Shown: positions 21,995 to 34,075 of the stretch, one piece after another
How positions within the stretch are numbered: the first letter of the stretch is position 1
Layout of the letters: every line of letters starts with the position of its first letter
Origin: Flaccisagitta enflata
Taxonomy: Eukaryota
Reading direction: 5' to 3'
Assembly: GCA_965153355.1 (NCBI GenBank)
Contig: OZ231126.1
Location: forward strand, 46,934,001-46,998,000
Length of the DNA: 64,000 nt
The notes under the pieces: model-generated
Told to the model about the DNA's origin: nothing
Databases searched by the model: none
The model's input: only the letters and a program-made list of their open reading frames with translations
Translations under genes and position numbers: made by a program

Positions 21995-24900
21995 CTAACG
22001 ATCACGCCGAATTCCATCCATGGGGACGTCGTCATCTCCGTACGATCGTGCACCCGATCCCCAACGGCGGTAGGCTCGATATGCCAGAGCCACGCTCTGG
22101 AAGTATACCGAAAGGACCTTGGATGCCAGACCCAAGATAAACATCGACAAAGCAAATCGGTCGTTGTCGTAAACCCAACACGCTCCTTCAAAAGAAAATT
22201 TAATATTAATATTCGGACACGGAAATATTTTTTGTTAACGAACTTATGACCACAAGCGCTTCTCTGACATACTAGTCTCGTGCGTTGAAACATAAAATGC
22301 AAGACTTGATTGGTAGACTACTTGCCTCTAAAACCCCTTTTCGCAAGGTGAGGTTTGCCAAAAGATGCATATATTGTCGATGACCAATCCAAAGATAAAG
22401 GGACTTATGATACTGGTGAAATCAAGTACGGAGAATTTTTGTTATTATTTGCAGAGAATTGTCCCTTGCCAAAACCAATGAGCTTTATAGGAACGACGAG
22501 ACGAGACAGACACCTTCGTTACATACCTTCCCAAAATAAACCCGATATTCCTGTAGGTCGCCAGGGCGACTGCGTGAGCTTCTTTTGGAACGCAGTTAAT
22601 CACGATTTCGGTGGAAGGCACGGTGCAAAAACTGAAACGGTGAACCAACAGCGTTTGAAACTTCGATCTTTTTTGTTTGGAAATGGCATTGCCATTTGAG
22701 TAAAATGTTGCCAAATTTGTTTTGCAGTCCCTTTGAAAAAGATGCAATTCAGCAAAATGGTGTCTCACTTTTAAGAGCTCTAGCTCCTAAACCGTTAAAG
22801 ATACAGATATGGGATTGGTCTAGAATGAAATAAAGGGACTTATGATACTGGTGAAATCAAGTACGGAGAATTTTTGTTATTATTTGCAGAGAATTGTCCC
22901 TTGCCAAAACCAATGAGCTTTATAGGAACGACGAGACGAGACAGACACCTTCGTTACATACCTTCCCAAAATAAACCCGATATTCCTGTAGGTCGCCAGG
23001 GCGACTGCGTGAGCTTCTTTTGGAACGCAGTTAATCACGATTTCGGTGGAAGGCACGGTGCAAAAACTGAAACGGTGAACCAACAGCGTTTGAAACTTCG
23101 ACTGGGGAGCTAAGTGGTGGTCCACCGGATATCCCGTGATAATAACTGATAATCCAGGCCCCAGCAGGTCGGTCGATCGGTCGATACTCCCGCCCACTCT
23201 AATTTATGCATTTACACTTTCCAAAATGCCTCCCCGGCATGCCTGCCCTGCCCGCCCATCTTAAAGCTGATCTTTTTTAGGTTGAATGCGTGATCAAAAC
23301 CAAACCTGTGACAGAAAAGGAACAGAAACATGCCGACGATGGCCGCCCACATAATCGAGCAACTAGGCGGATTGCAAGAACCCGCCACCACTTTGCTGTT
23401 GAGTTTCCGGGACCCAGCTGAAGAGTTGCCCCTTCGCAAGCAGCTGCACCCTTCATAAACCGTCAGATACCTGTGAGCAGAAATGACAGTTGTACAAGAT
23501 TCAGCCTGCTCCGCGTTTCGTGCTTATTAACGGCTCGATTTAACAATAGCCGTCTTATTTTTGAGCAGTGGGAGCAGTGGCAAGCCACTGCCCAATGGGC
23601 AGTTGTTCCTATACATACCCGACGCCAGTGTATTCCCGCTTTTCTATCGTGCATCCGGCGTGACAAGCGGAAAAATATTGGATTCCCTCCACAGAATCAC
23701 AAACCGGCTCATAATACTGGCGTGGACAGGCGCATTGTTCGTTGCATGCGTTGTCTAACGCAAGAGGCACGCTCGAATCACCCTTGCCCGACACCCCGAC
23801 CAAATGGACTTTCTCGCAACGGATCCACAGCACGCCGAGAAACCAACAGCATAGAAAACCCATGAAGACGTTCTGGGTCAGCATACCATCCACCCGTAAT
23901 TGCCGGCATCGGACAGATACGCCGCCGAGTAGCAAACCGAACGTGACGGCGGCGACCAGCGTGGCGCCCATCAACATGGCCGCGTAAGACGCCGTCAACG
24001 AGTACTGATGCTGAATGAATTTGGGCATAAACGCGGCGAACCCGTTGAGTAGGAATAAATCGGCGGCCAAGGACAGCGAGACTAGGACGAATACGGGATT
24101 TCTAACCAAACTCTTCAATTGGGCACTGAGTTCGCGCCATCGACTTTCCCCTTAGCGAGTGGATTTCATATTGGCAACAGGTGGATTGAAATATGTTCAT
24201 CGTTAAAAAGTGGTTCCATTATCTTGTGGAAGATGCGTAACAGTAAGTCGTCATAAGGGAGAAAGAGCAAAGGAGAGAAACTAGTCAAAGCCTGTAATCG
24301 TATGGGGTTGGGCAAGTGCAGTTGGTTGCTTCACATAGCAAAAGTTGGTTATTCCTTTTCACCCTTTTTACCTAATGTAAAATAATAAATTTTAAGACTA
24401 TTACTATTTTTTCTTTTATCAAAAATCATTCATCTTCCATTACAAAGCAAACTTTTTTTGAGGACCAAATTTGCATAATGCAGTGGTATAAAGCAATATG
24501 CTGATATTCTTTGAATTAGCTGATACCAATTTCTTCTGTTTATAGAATTTTTAATCTGCTTTTAAAGTAAGCTTTTTCACAGTTTATGTTCTGATATTTA
24601 AGTGTATTCTCATAAATAATATAATTTTCCAAAACAAGTGATTGTTTTTTCAGTATCAAAACTACACATGATTATTCTGATTTCTGGGATTTCTGTGGGA
24701 ACTTTTAAGTCGAATCAAAAATTAAATGAACGTATTTAAAAAGCAGGACACTTGTCATCTTCATTATTTCTGCTCCTCCATATAGCTAAAAAAGGGTTCC
24801 TCCAAACTTTTGCTATGTGAAGCACCCAACAGGTGCAGTGATACAGAAGCCATTTTGCTCATAAGGAAAACATGCGCTCAGGTTGGGATGGAAACAAAGG

Positions 24901-25692
24901 CAAAGTTTCAGTTTCAGTCTCTGTTTATGGCTTTATATATGTGACTTCATAGGCTGTGGGTTGTGTAGGACTGCACTTCTCCATTCTGAGTGGTATTTAG
25001 TAGTTGCTTCCCCATTTCGAAGTAACACTAGTGATACGAGTCGTATCATATAACCACCTTGAAGCAGGCGGGGAAATCCATTTTTTCCAAGTGGTAGTCA
25101 CGGGCAACTGTCTTTACCATAGCATTATCATGGCGAACAGGGCAAAGATATTCCACCTGTGTTACGTTTTTTTTTCTTTATATATTTCCTTTCAAACAAA
25201 ACTCAATGATAGTTGAAAGAAAAGAGATTCTAGAATTAGATCAATCATGCTTGCTTATTTTCGTTGTCATGGGGCTTTTTACTGTCGTTAAAATAGATAA
25301 TCAATTGACGATAAGAAATAACTTTTTTATGTTGATAAAGAATGTTGTGTATCGTAAGAAATAAAAAAGCTTCAAATTACAGTCCCCGACTGGGGATTGT
25401 AATTTTGAAGGCTAAATCGTAAGCAGCGACTCGAGAAAGATACACGGCAAAAAAAAAAAAAAAAAAAATCGAAAAAAATTTTTAAAAAAAAAAAAAAAAA
25501 AATTTAAAAAAAAATCTTGAAGTCCAAAAAAAAATTTTTTTTTTTCAAAAAAAAAAAAAAAAATTAAAAAAAAATTTTTTTCAAAAAAAAATTTGAAAAA
25601 AAAAAAAAAAAATTAAAAAAAAAAACCCTTACAGGAGTCCATGACGGCACACCTTAAACACTAAACAAGAAGGCACCTTGGTATCCGTACGT

Positions 25693-25768
<76 letters not shown>

Positions 25769-27162
25769 TAACCTTTTTACCATGAAGGTGAACTTTGAAC
25801 AGAGCAAATCTTCTGAATACTATAAGTAGTTCAGCGTTGGGAATTACAAGTAACTAAATTAGTAATTGTTTATCATTTAACTCGTAATAATGAAAATACA
25901 ATAAAGCTGAACAACAACATGAGTGAATGTAAAATGATATTTAACTAATAAATGCATCACCACAAAAATCTTTGAACAAATAAATGGTCATCACCAATAT
26001 GTAAATGAAAGTCTGATCTCCTCCAATGAACAATTCGCCACTCTCACAGCTGTAATATATTTACATAAATATGTTTTATATCTCATAAATCAGACTTCAG
26101 ATTTAAATCGAATTTTGCAGGGGCTGTTCAATTGATGTCCTTTAAATGAATACCAAATTAAAAAAAAATTCACATAACTACTACCCTTTGCCTAGTAAAC
26201 TGCTGAAAGTCCTAGTAACATATTCTTACATAAATAAGCTGATATCTCTAAAACCAGACTTCAGATTTAATTCGAATTTTGCAAGGGTGGTTTATTTACT
26301 ATCCTTTACTTGTATACCAAATTAAAAAAAAATTCACATAAGTTTACTACCCTCTGCCTATGTAAATCACTTAAGTCTCAGTAACATATTACTACATAAA
26401 TGAATTAGCTAATATCTCATGAACCAGACTTCCAGATTTAATTCCTCGAATTTTGCAGGGGCTGCTTATTCAGTGACCCTTACTTGTATACCAAATTAAA
26501 AAAATTCACGTAAGTTTACTACCCTCTGCCTATGTAAATCGCCTAAGTCAGTAAAATATTACAAAATATTAGGCAAAGGGTAGTAAAAGTTAATGAATTT
26601 TGGTGGTGCACAAGCTCCTATTGACATAAACAAGCAGCGAAAGTTTCGCCAAAATTCTGAAGTCTGGATCCAAACATATGAGAAGGTTTTAAACAACGAA
26701 CAATGACGACGACGACAACAGACTACACAAACAGGCTACTACATAGTCACCGACGAAAACTGTTACCATCGGGGCAAAAAATTCACGTAAGTTTACTACC
26801 CTCTGCCTATGTAAATCACTTAAGTCCAGTAAAATGTTGCGAAAAAAATAATAGGCAAAGGGTGGTAAAAGTTGATGAATTTTTTTGAAAGAAAAGAATT
26901 GTGCCAAGCTCCATTGACCTATAAGCAACAGCTTAGCAAAGTTTTATAAAATTCTGAAGTCTGGTTCCAAAAATATGAGAGGGTTTTAAACAAACAGACA
27001 GACAGACAGACAGACGACACAGACTACATCACTGCTACTTCATAGTCACCGTGAAAAACTGTTCGTCAGGGACAAAAAAGAACTACAATATGCAAGAGGA
27101 TTAGATCCACTGACAAATGAATCACCTGCGCAGAGTTCATCATCAAATTTACACATTGGAGG

Positions 27163-27211
<49 letters not shown>

Positions 27212-27775
27212 TTCTTTCTTTCCTGTATCCTCCTGCATCCTAGGCCGGCCATATCTGCCGCACCTCACGGCTCACCTGCCGCGTAGCGTTGCTACCGTGC
27301 TACACAAAATCGGCACCTCTGCCTCTGTATTCTATTCATGATATCTACACCAATAAATGTCACTCAAGGGAAGGATATACTGTGATTGAGTCGTTAGATA
27401 ATGTCGTGAAGTGTCGATCCTACACACGAGTTTTAAACTCAATCAAAAAGTTCAAGCTCAACTGAAAAGTGAAAACGCTCTTGTGCAATACCAATAAAGG
27501 AGGCTAATCGCCGACTGGAAAAAAGTCGTAAATGGGAATCTTTGCTGGAGGTAACCTTTTGTATCTCCCCCCACAGAGCGGGCCTTTTCGGCACCGGGTG
27601 AGGACGTAGCCAAGGTCAGGTTTTGCTTAATGGAAGAAGAGACGAAAGGGGCGGCGGCTGAAATAGGGATGACGGCGCTGGCAGAGGGAGACGGCGCTTC
27701 CGCAACGGCTTTTTCGATTTTCGATGGACTGAAAACGGCTTGTTGTTTTAAGTTATTTAAAGTCATTTTGGCCAT
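21995..27775 (-). CDS. SLCO: Organic anion transporting polypeptide (OATP/SLCO family); only the C-terminal half (TM7-12 plus Kazal-like loop) is visible; may be a pseudogene or gene fragment
   Basis: Exons 27775-27556, 24150-23619 (LKSLVRNPVFVL..GFAAFMPKFIQHQYSL..CNEQCACPRQYYEPVCD..YFSACHAGC), 23470-23306 (YEGCSC..GSC), 23066-22962 or its duplicate 22631-22527 (NCVPKEAHAVALA), 22412-22326 (PFIFGLVIDNICIFWQ), 22185-21995 (GACWVYDNDRF..stop). The Cys pattern and motifs are typical of OATPs. Confidence 0.88.
22395..23101. repeat. Direct duplication, 2 x ~272 bp (22395-22666 and 22830-23101), containing an OATP exon
   Basis: ataaagggacttatgatactgg...gaaacttcga occurs twice, separated by ~163 bp of unrelated sequence. 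Confidence 0.92.
24321..24830. mobile_element. TIR element/MITE, ~510 bp, inserted into a degenerate HINE copy
   Basis: gttggttgcttcacatagcaaaagtt ... aacttttgctatgtgaagcacccaac; flanks aagtgca / aggtgca look like an imperfect TSD. Confidence 0.7.
25365..27078 (-). mobile_element. Long HINE-like element with ~166-bp central tandem repeats (inverted relative of 32036-34070)
   Basis: Terminal hairpin aagcttcaaattacagtcccc..ggggattgtaattttgaag at 25365-25410; ccagacttcagattta repeats at ~26091, 26253 and 26424; (caga)n; palindromic end at 27045-27078. Confidence 0.75.
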
Positions 27776-29399
27776 TTTGCACTGCGTTAGTGTCTTAGTC
27801 TCTTAGTAAGTAGCGACCGGTCACGACGCTCAGCAAGGTCGTGTAAAATAATCGTTGAAAAACGCGAAATTTCTGCGCCAAAGATAGCTTAGATATGAGA
27901 TAAAGAGTGTTGATTGTCCGACAATGAGCTATTATCAATGCTAAATATGCTAGAGCATGTCAGATTACATCATATAGCATCAAGAAATCATAAAAATCCG
28001 GGAGAAAAATGGTTGTTGCGATCCATGGAAACTATCAAAATAGACCTCAACTTTGACGAAACGGGAAGGGATCTCATTGTTTTTCGCTTCACGAAGTTCA
28101 GATATATATGAAAGAGTAGACCAAGAAGGACCTATATCTCAAATTTCATCAAAATCGGTCAATGCGCTCACCTCCTACCATGCGTGCATTTGTAAAGTTT
28201 GTTTTAGTAAAAATGGCTGCTTCGCGGTGGTTGATTTTCTTGCGCACGAAAAGGTCAACGCGCTGCAGCCGATAGGGTAAGTCAAACAAAAAACTCAATA
28301 GTTCATAAATTGTTTTTAATTCCAACAAAATATATCATGCAGCATATCGTTCGAAAGCTCTTGACATGATAAATATGATTATGTGTATGTATAAAGTCGA
28401 ATCTGAAAAATTAAAGATTTACATTAAAATCATCAATTTCTTGATGTTAAGCTTGCATGGCCGGATCTGCATAGGAATTCCTAAAAAGTATTACACCATC
28501 GTAAACACAAGGACATAGTGCTAACACTATCAAGAAATTATCTTGATGCCTCTTATTTAGTATAAATGAACTATGATTCAAAAATCATGAAAAAGAAAAA
28601 TATCCCTCCTACGATTATATTACAAATTTCAAGGCCCCTTACATTCAAACTACGGACACGTGACTCTATAGGCCACTTCTTGTCAATCCATTGGTCAGTT
28701 GGTTCATTCATTCGTCTGTCCGTCTGCTCATCCCTCCATGCATCTGCGTTTCTCGGCTGTTTTTGGCTTGAATGATATCATATACTGAGTGTGTTTCTAT
28801 TGTCAACAAGAATCTCAAGTGATTCCGTGGAACGCGTTTTCAGCGTAAACACATATGAACTGCAACTGTCCCCACAAGGAAGTGAGCAAAGTGAGTGAGA
28901 TAGCTTGTGAATGGAGCGAGCAAGTGAAGCAAGCGTAGCAAAGCGGAGCGCTGCGGAGCGAGTGAGGGAACAAATGTTACGAGCGACCGAGTGGCCTGTT
29001 AACATGGCTGAATACACGGCTACTCCAGTTGCTTGCAAACGGGCAGGGGTAGTAATGGAGGAGATCAGTCAAGCATTTGGGCAGGAGCAGTGAGCCAAAA
29101 CAGCTCAAAAACGCCTAAAAAGTGAAAGGGGGACTGACCGACGCACGGACGGACAAAAAAACGGGGTGTAGAGTGCGTAGCAAGTGACTACAAACGCGAT
29201 TGTCACAATTCACAAGTAACGCGGGGTCTCAATATTGTTGCGGACTGGTGGACAGGGGCATCCAGCCCAGATTCACACACCAACTCCCATCACACACACA
29301 AATATACTAAAAGTATCCAGAGAGTGAGAGCAAGAGGGAAAGTGAAAACAGAACAAAAGCAAAAGGAAAGGCAAAAGCGAGAGCAAGAGAGAGCAGGAG

Positions 29400-29835
29400 A
29401 GAACACAAGTGAACACGAGAGCGGATGTGAAAGCAAATGCAAGAGTCAACGCGAGAAAAAATGCAAAAGCAATGGTGAGAGTCAACGCAAATGCGAGAGC
29501 AAACATGAATGTGAGAGAAAACTCAAGCGGAACTGTGAGAGCAACCGTAAGAGCAAATGTGGGAGCGAACACAAGAGCAAACGCAAGAGCAAACGCGAGA
29601 GCAAACGCGGGAGCAAACGCGAGAGCACAGGTGAAAGTGAACACTAAAGCAAATGCAAGAGCAAACGCAACAGCAAAAGCGAGAGCAAATACGAGAGCAA
29701 ATACGAGAGCAAACGCGAGAGCAAACGCGAGAGCAAATGCGAGAGCAAACGCAATGCGAATGCAAGAGCAAACGCGAGAGCGAACGCCTGTGCGGACGCG
29801 AGAGCTGACGCGAAAACAAACGTGAGAGCAAAAGC
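29400..29835. repeat. 12-bp minisatellite (gagagcaaacgc)n, degenerate
   Basis: Read directly from the sequence; source of the RANA/FALA pseudo-ORFs. Confidence 0.9.
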
Positions 29836-29955
29836 AAGAGGGAGAGAATGAGTCGATCAAAATTCGCGGTTAAAACAATCAGATAAACAGCAACAAGAGA
29901 ACATGACGACCAAGATAAAGACGATTACGAAGAAAGTGATATTGACAACGAAGAA

Positions 29956-30237
29956 CAGGGGTGTATAAAGTTGAGTATTCCCCCCTCCCCAGTGGGGGGG
30001 AATCATATCAAAAGGAATCGAGATGGGGAAGAAAATCAAAAGCTTAAAAAGAAAGAAAAAAGAAATTTTTTGAAGATTTAATACTATGAAAATACAATTA
30101 CTACAACACAATTTAATACTATTTAAACCGAAAATATACTGTTTTATAGCTTTGGGGAAAAGGAAACATTACAGGGAAGAAATCAAACACAGGAGGAGGG
30201 GGGAAAATCAAAAGCCGCTCAATTATATACACCCCTG
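29956..30237. mobile_element. hAT-like MITE (caggggtgtata TIR); related copy at 39897-40221
   Basis: caggggtgtata ... tatacacccctg; flanks acgaagaa / aagaagaa (8 bp, one mismatch). Confidence 0.65.
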
Positions 30238-30309
30238 AAGAAGAAAGAATGACACATCCCTGCCGGCTGTGGTGGATTTGTCTGTTGGTCTGTTCCTTTA
30301 GTTTGTGTT

Positions 30310-31396
30310 AAAACAAGGCCAGATACACGGCTACCCCAGTCGCGTGCGGGTGCTGGGGCCATATTTGAGGTCGGGCGGGAAAGCATTTGGGCAGGAGCAG
30401 CATGGCCAAAACCCTATAAACGGCAAAAAAGAGTGACGGACCAACGGACCGACGGACCGACAAAGGGGGGTGTAGAGTCGCGTAGCACACGACTTCAATA
30501 AGTAAAACGCACCGGTGCAATGAATGTGTTTGTGTTTTTAGTCGCGGACACGCGACTCTGCCGTGTCGGTCGGTCAGTAGGTCGGTCGGTAGGTCGGTCG
30601 GTTGGTAGGTCACATTTTTAGTTGCGGACACGCAACTCTATAAGAGGCTTTGTCCGTCCGTCCGTCGGTTGGTTGGTCGGTCGGCCCGTCACGCTCGAGT
30701 TGAAAAGTGGGAAACCGCTTATTTCCGCCCCTGCCCACCCGTCCGCAACTGATGGCCGTGTATCCGCCTTGTTATATTCCTCTTAGCGTGGTTCTCCCTG
30801 TATTATGGAAAAGGGGGCCCAACCGTCCGCGACTGGATTGCCATGTATCCGGCCTTGTTCGCGCTCAAATCAATCGGGAACCATCGTTAGAGTGACCATG
30901 AAGTTTCCATAGAAATCTAAGGAAGAGGCAAAATTCCTATGAATCCCGCCCAATTTCACACATGCGGCAAAACTGCAAATTAAAGCGCACCTAGCGTCGA
31001 TCAAATTTGATTCTGCATAGTTTTTTTTCCAACCCGCAAATTGCTCTGTCAGTCCTTCAGTCCATCCGTATGTCAAATTTTTAGTGGCGTGCTAGGAAAC
31101 TCTACATCCTGCTTTGTTGGTCCGTCAGTCCATCTGTCCATCACACTTACTTTTTATGGGGTTTCGTGTCTCGGCCTCACAGCACCTTCCCCCCAAATGA
31201 TCATTTTTAAGCTATTTATAGTTGTGGACATGCAACTCTTTTTGAGAGCTTTGTCCGTCTGTCCGTCTGTCCGTTCGTCCGTACGTCCGTCCGTCCGGCC
31301 CGTCTGTCTGTGACACGAGTCGAAAGCGTGAAAACGCGCATTTCCACCCCTACCCACCCGTCCGGCACCGGCATTGGCCGTGTATCCGGCCTTGTT
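30310..31396. mobile_element. Cluster of HINE-like copies in both orientations
   Basis: Copies at ~30310-30495 (-), 30535-30772 (+) and 31220-31396 (+), with the palindrome / (gtcc)n / ggccgtgtatccggcc layout. Confidence 0.65.
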
Positions 31397-32035
31397 ACCT
31401 GTTTTTAGGTATATCCGATCCAGTTTTTAGTGAGAAACTACTCTCGGTATCATACTTTCTCTAGCGATGGTCATGTTCCAGCAGTTGGCCTCAAAAATCA
31501 CAACTAATCATCGATTGTGTACTGAAAATTGCAATATTTGCCCATTTTTAATGTTTTACATTTTTTTTTTGCCTTTAGTAAGCAATAACTTTTGAACGGT
31601 TGGACCAATATTCCCGCCAAAGGTACCAGTCGATTTGTCTGTAAAAACTCTTCATTTTGGTCACCAATTTTTTATATTTATCTTAAAAATTGCATGAGAT
31701 ATGGCCTAAAACGTGAAGACATGTCATCAATGATTATTCTGAGGCAAATCTAGCATCACTTTTGCAGGCTTATTGTGCTCAAAAGTGCAATCTGAAGGTA
31801 GCGATCGACCTAAATCATCCTATTAAGTGTCTATAAGTGTGAATTGACCAAAAAATTCATGATAATCACGATATCTAAATTAGGTGTCCCCTTACTACTC
31901 TTAGTCTTTTGGTCTTAACAACGTAACAACCGCACGCAACTGTAAGGTTTTGGCCTTGTTGTTTGAAAACTACCTAGCAGCGTTGTCTTCCCCAAATTGC
32001 CAAAGCAAAATTGCAATTTCTCCCTTTCTCCCTTT

Positions 32036-34070
32036 TTTTTTGTCCCCGACGAACAGTTTTCGTCGGTGGACTATGAGATAGCCTGTTTGTGCTAGTCTGT
32101 CTGTCTGTCTGTCTGTGTGTGTGTGTAAAACCTTCTCATATCTTTTGATCCAGACTTCAGAAGTTCATGAAACTTAAACAGTGTTATTTTTATGTCAATA
32201 GGAGCTTGTGTACCAATTTTCAGAAAAATTCATAAACTTTTACTACCCTTTGCCTATTATTTTTGTAGTAATATTTAGCTGGGACTTAGGTGGTTTACAT
32301 AGGTAGAGGGTAGTAAAAGTTTATGAATTTTTTTTCAATTTGCTATACAAGTAGAGGGTAGTAAATAAACAACCCCTGCAAAATTCGAATTAAATCTGAA
32401 GTCTGGTTTATGAGATATTAGCTTATTTATGTAGTAGTATGTTGCTAGGACTTTGGCAATTTACATAGGCAAAGGGTAGTAAAGGTATGTGAATTTTTTT
32501 CTAATTCGGTACACAAGTAGAGGGTAGTAAATGAATAACCCCTGCAAAATTCGAATTAAATCTGAAGTCTGGTTTATGAGATATTAGCTAATTTATGTAG
32601 TAATATGTTACTATGACTTAGGCAGTTTGCATAGGCAAAGGGTAGCAAAGTTATGTGAATTTTTTTTTACTTTAGTATACAAGTAAAGGATATTAATTGA
32701 ACTGCCCCTGCAAAATTCGAATTAAACCTGAAGTCTGGTTCTTAACATCTCGCTTTTTCAGTCGTACGTTTTTAGCTGAATTAAGCCTCATTTCTGAGGT
32801 CAGATCCTTTTCTCTTCTAGCTTGTATTTTGGAACAGGAATGTAGAAAATATCTCGGCATTAATTTGCGCAAATATTTATACTTTTCTCAAGGCTAGGGA
32901 AGCTAAATCTTTAATGACTGATGAAATTTGAGCCTTGTAACTGGGTACCACTTCTTTGTTATTGTCGTTTCCAAGAATTTACTATAGTTTTTCTCTGATG
33001 AGATATTAGCTTATCAATGTAGTAATATTTTACTAGGACTTAGGCGAGGATTGGAGTTGATGAATTCTTTTTATTACATTCTGATTTTTTTTTTTCTTTA
33101 GGTTTGCCATCATGGATTTCAAGATTCATCTTCAACTACTGTCATCATCTTCAACTACTGTCATCATCTTCAACTACTGTCATCATCTTCAACCACTGTC
33201 ATCATCTTCAACCACTGTCATCATCTTCAACCACTGTCATCATCTTCAACCACTGTCATCATCTTCAACCACTGTCATCATCTTCAACCACTGTCATCAT
33301 CTTCAACCACTGTCATCATCTTCAACCACTGTCATCATCTTCAACCACTGTCATCATCTTCAACCACTGTCATCATCTTCAACCACTGTCATCATCTTCA
33401 ACCACTGTCATCATCTTCAACCACTGTCATCATCTTCAACCACTGTCATCATCTTCAACCACTGTCATCATCTTCAACCACTGTCATCATCTTCAACCAC
33501 TGTCATCATCTTCAACCACTGTCATCATCTTCATCCACTGTCATCATCTTCATCCACTGTCATCATCTTCATCCACTGTCATCATCGTCATCTACTGTCA
33601 TCATCGTCATCTACTGTCATCATCGTCATCTACTGTTATGATCATCGATTACTGTCATCATCTTCAACTACTAAATTTTTTTGAAAATTTTTTTGAAATT
33701 GTTTTTGAAATTTTTTAAAAAAATTTTGAAAATTTTTTAAAAAATTTTTGAAATTTTTTTAAAAAATTTTTGGAAATTTTTTAAAAAAATTTTGAAAATT
33801 TTTTCTAAAATTTTTGGAAATTTTTTTGAAAATTTTTTTGAAAATTTTTGTCAATAATTTTTTTAATTTTTTTTTTGAAAATTTTTTTCTTTTGAAATTT
33901 TTTTGAATTTTTTTTTTTTTTTTTGAAAAAAATTTTGTTTTGAAATTCTTTTTTTTTTTGAATTTTTTTTTTTTTTTGTCGTGTATCTTCTCGAGTCGCG
34001 TTTACGCGACGAGAAAGCTTCAAAAATTACAGTCCCCAGTCGGGGACTGTAATTTTGAAGCTTTTTTTTT
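32036..34070 (+). mobile_element. Long HINE-like (Helentron non-autonomous) element carrying satellite cargo
   Basis: T-run; gtccccgacgaa..ttcgtcggtggac palindrome; (gtct)n; ~166-bp repeats (aaattcgaattaaa at ~32381, 32548, 32713); 19-bp minisatellite; gtcggggac subterminal IR inside a ~23-bp-arm hairpin at 34014-34064; T-run. Confidence 0.78.
33125..33672. repeat. 19-bp minisatellite (catcatcttcaaccactgt)n, ~28 copies
   Basis: Read directly from the sequence; no spacers between units. Confidence 0.95.
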
Positions 34071-34075
34071 TAAAG

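Noticed and set aside
29273..29860. FALA/RANA repeat ORFs
   Set aside because: Product of a 12-bp minisatellite that is open in several frames on both strands.
33125..33672. Regular short repeat resembling a CRISPR array, and two ~200-aa ORFs (33104-33718, 33112-33684)
   Set aside because: Head-to-tail 19-bp units with no unique spacers, in a eukaryotic context with no cas genes; the ORFs exist only because the unit has no stop codon on the plus strand.
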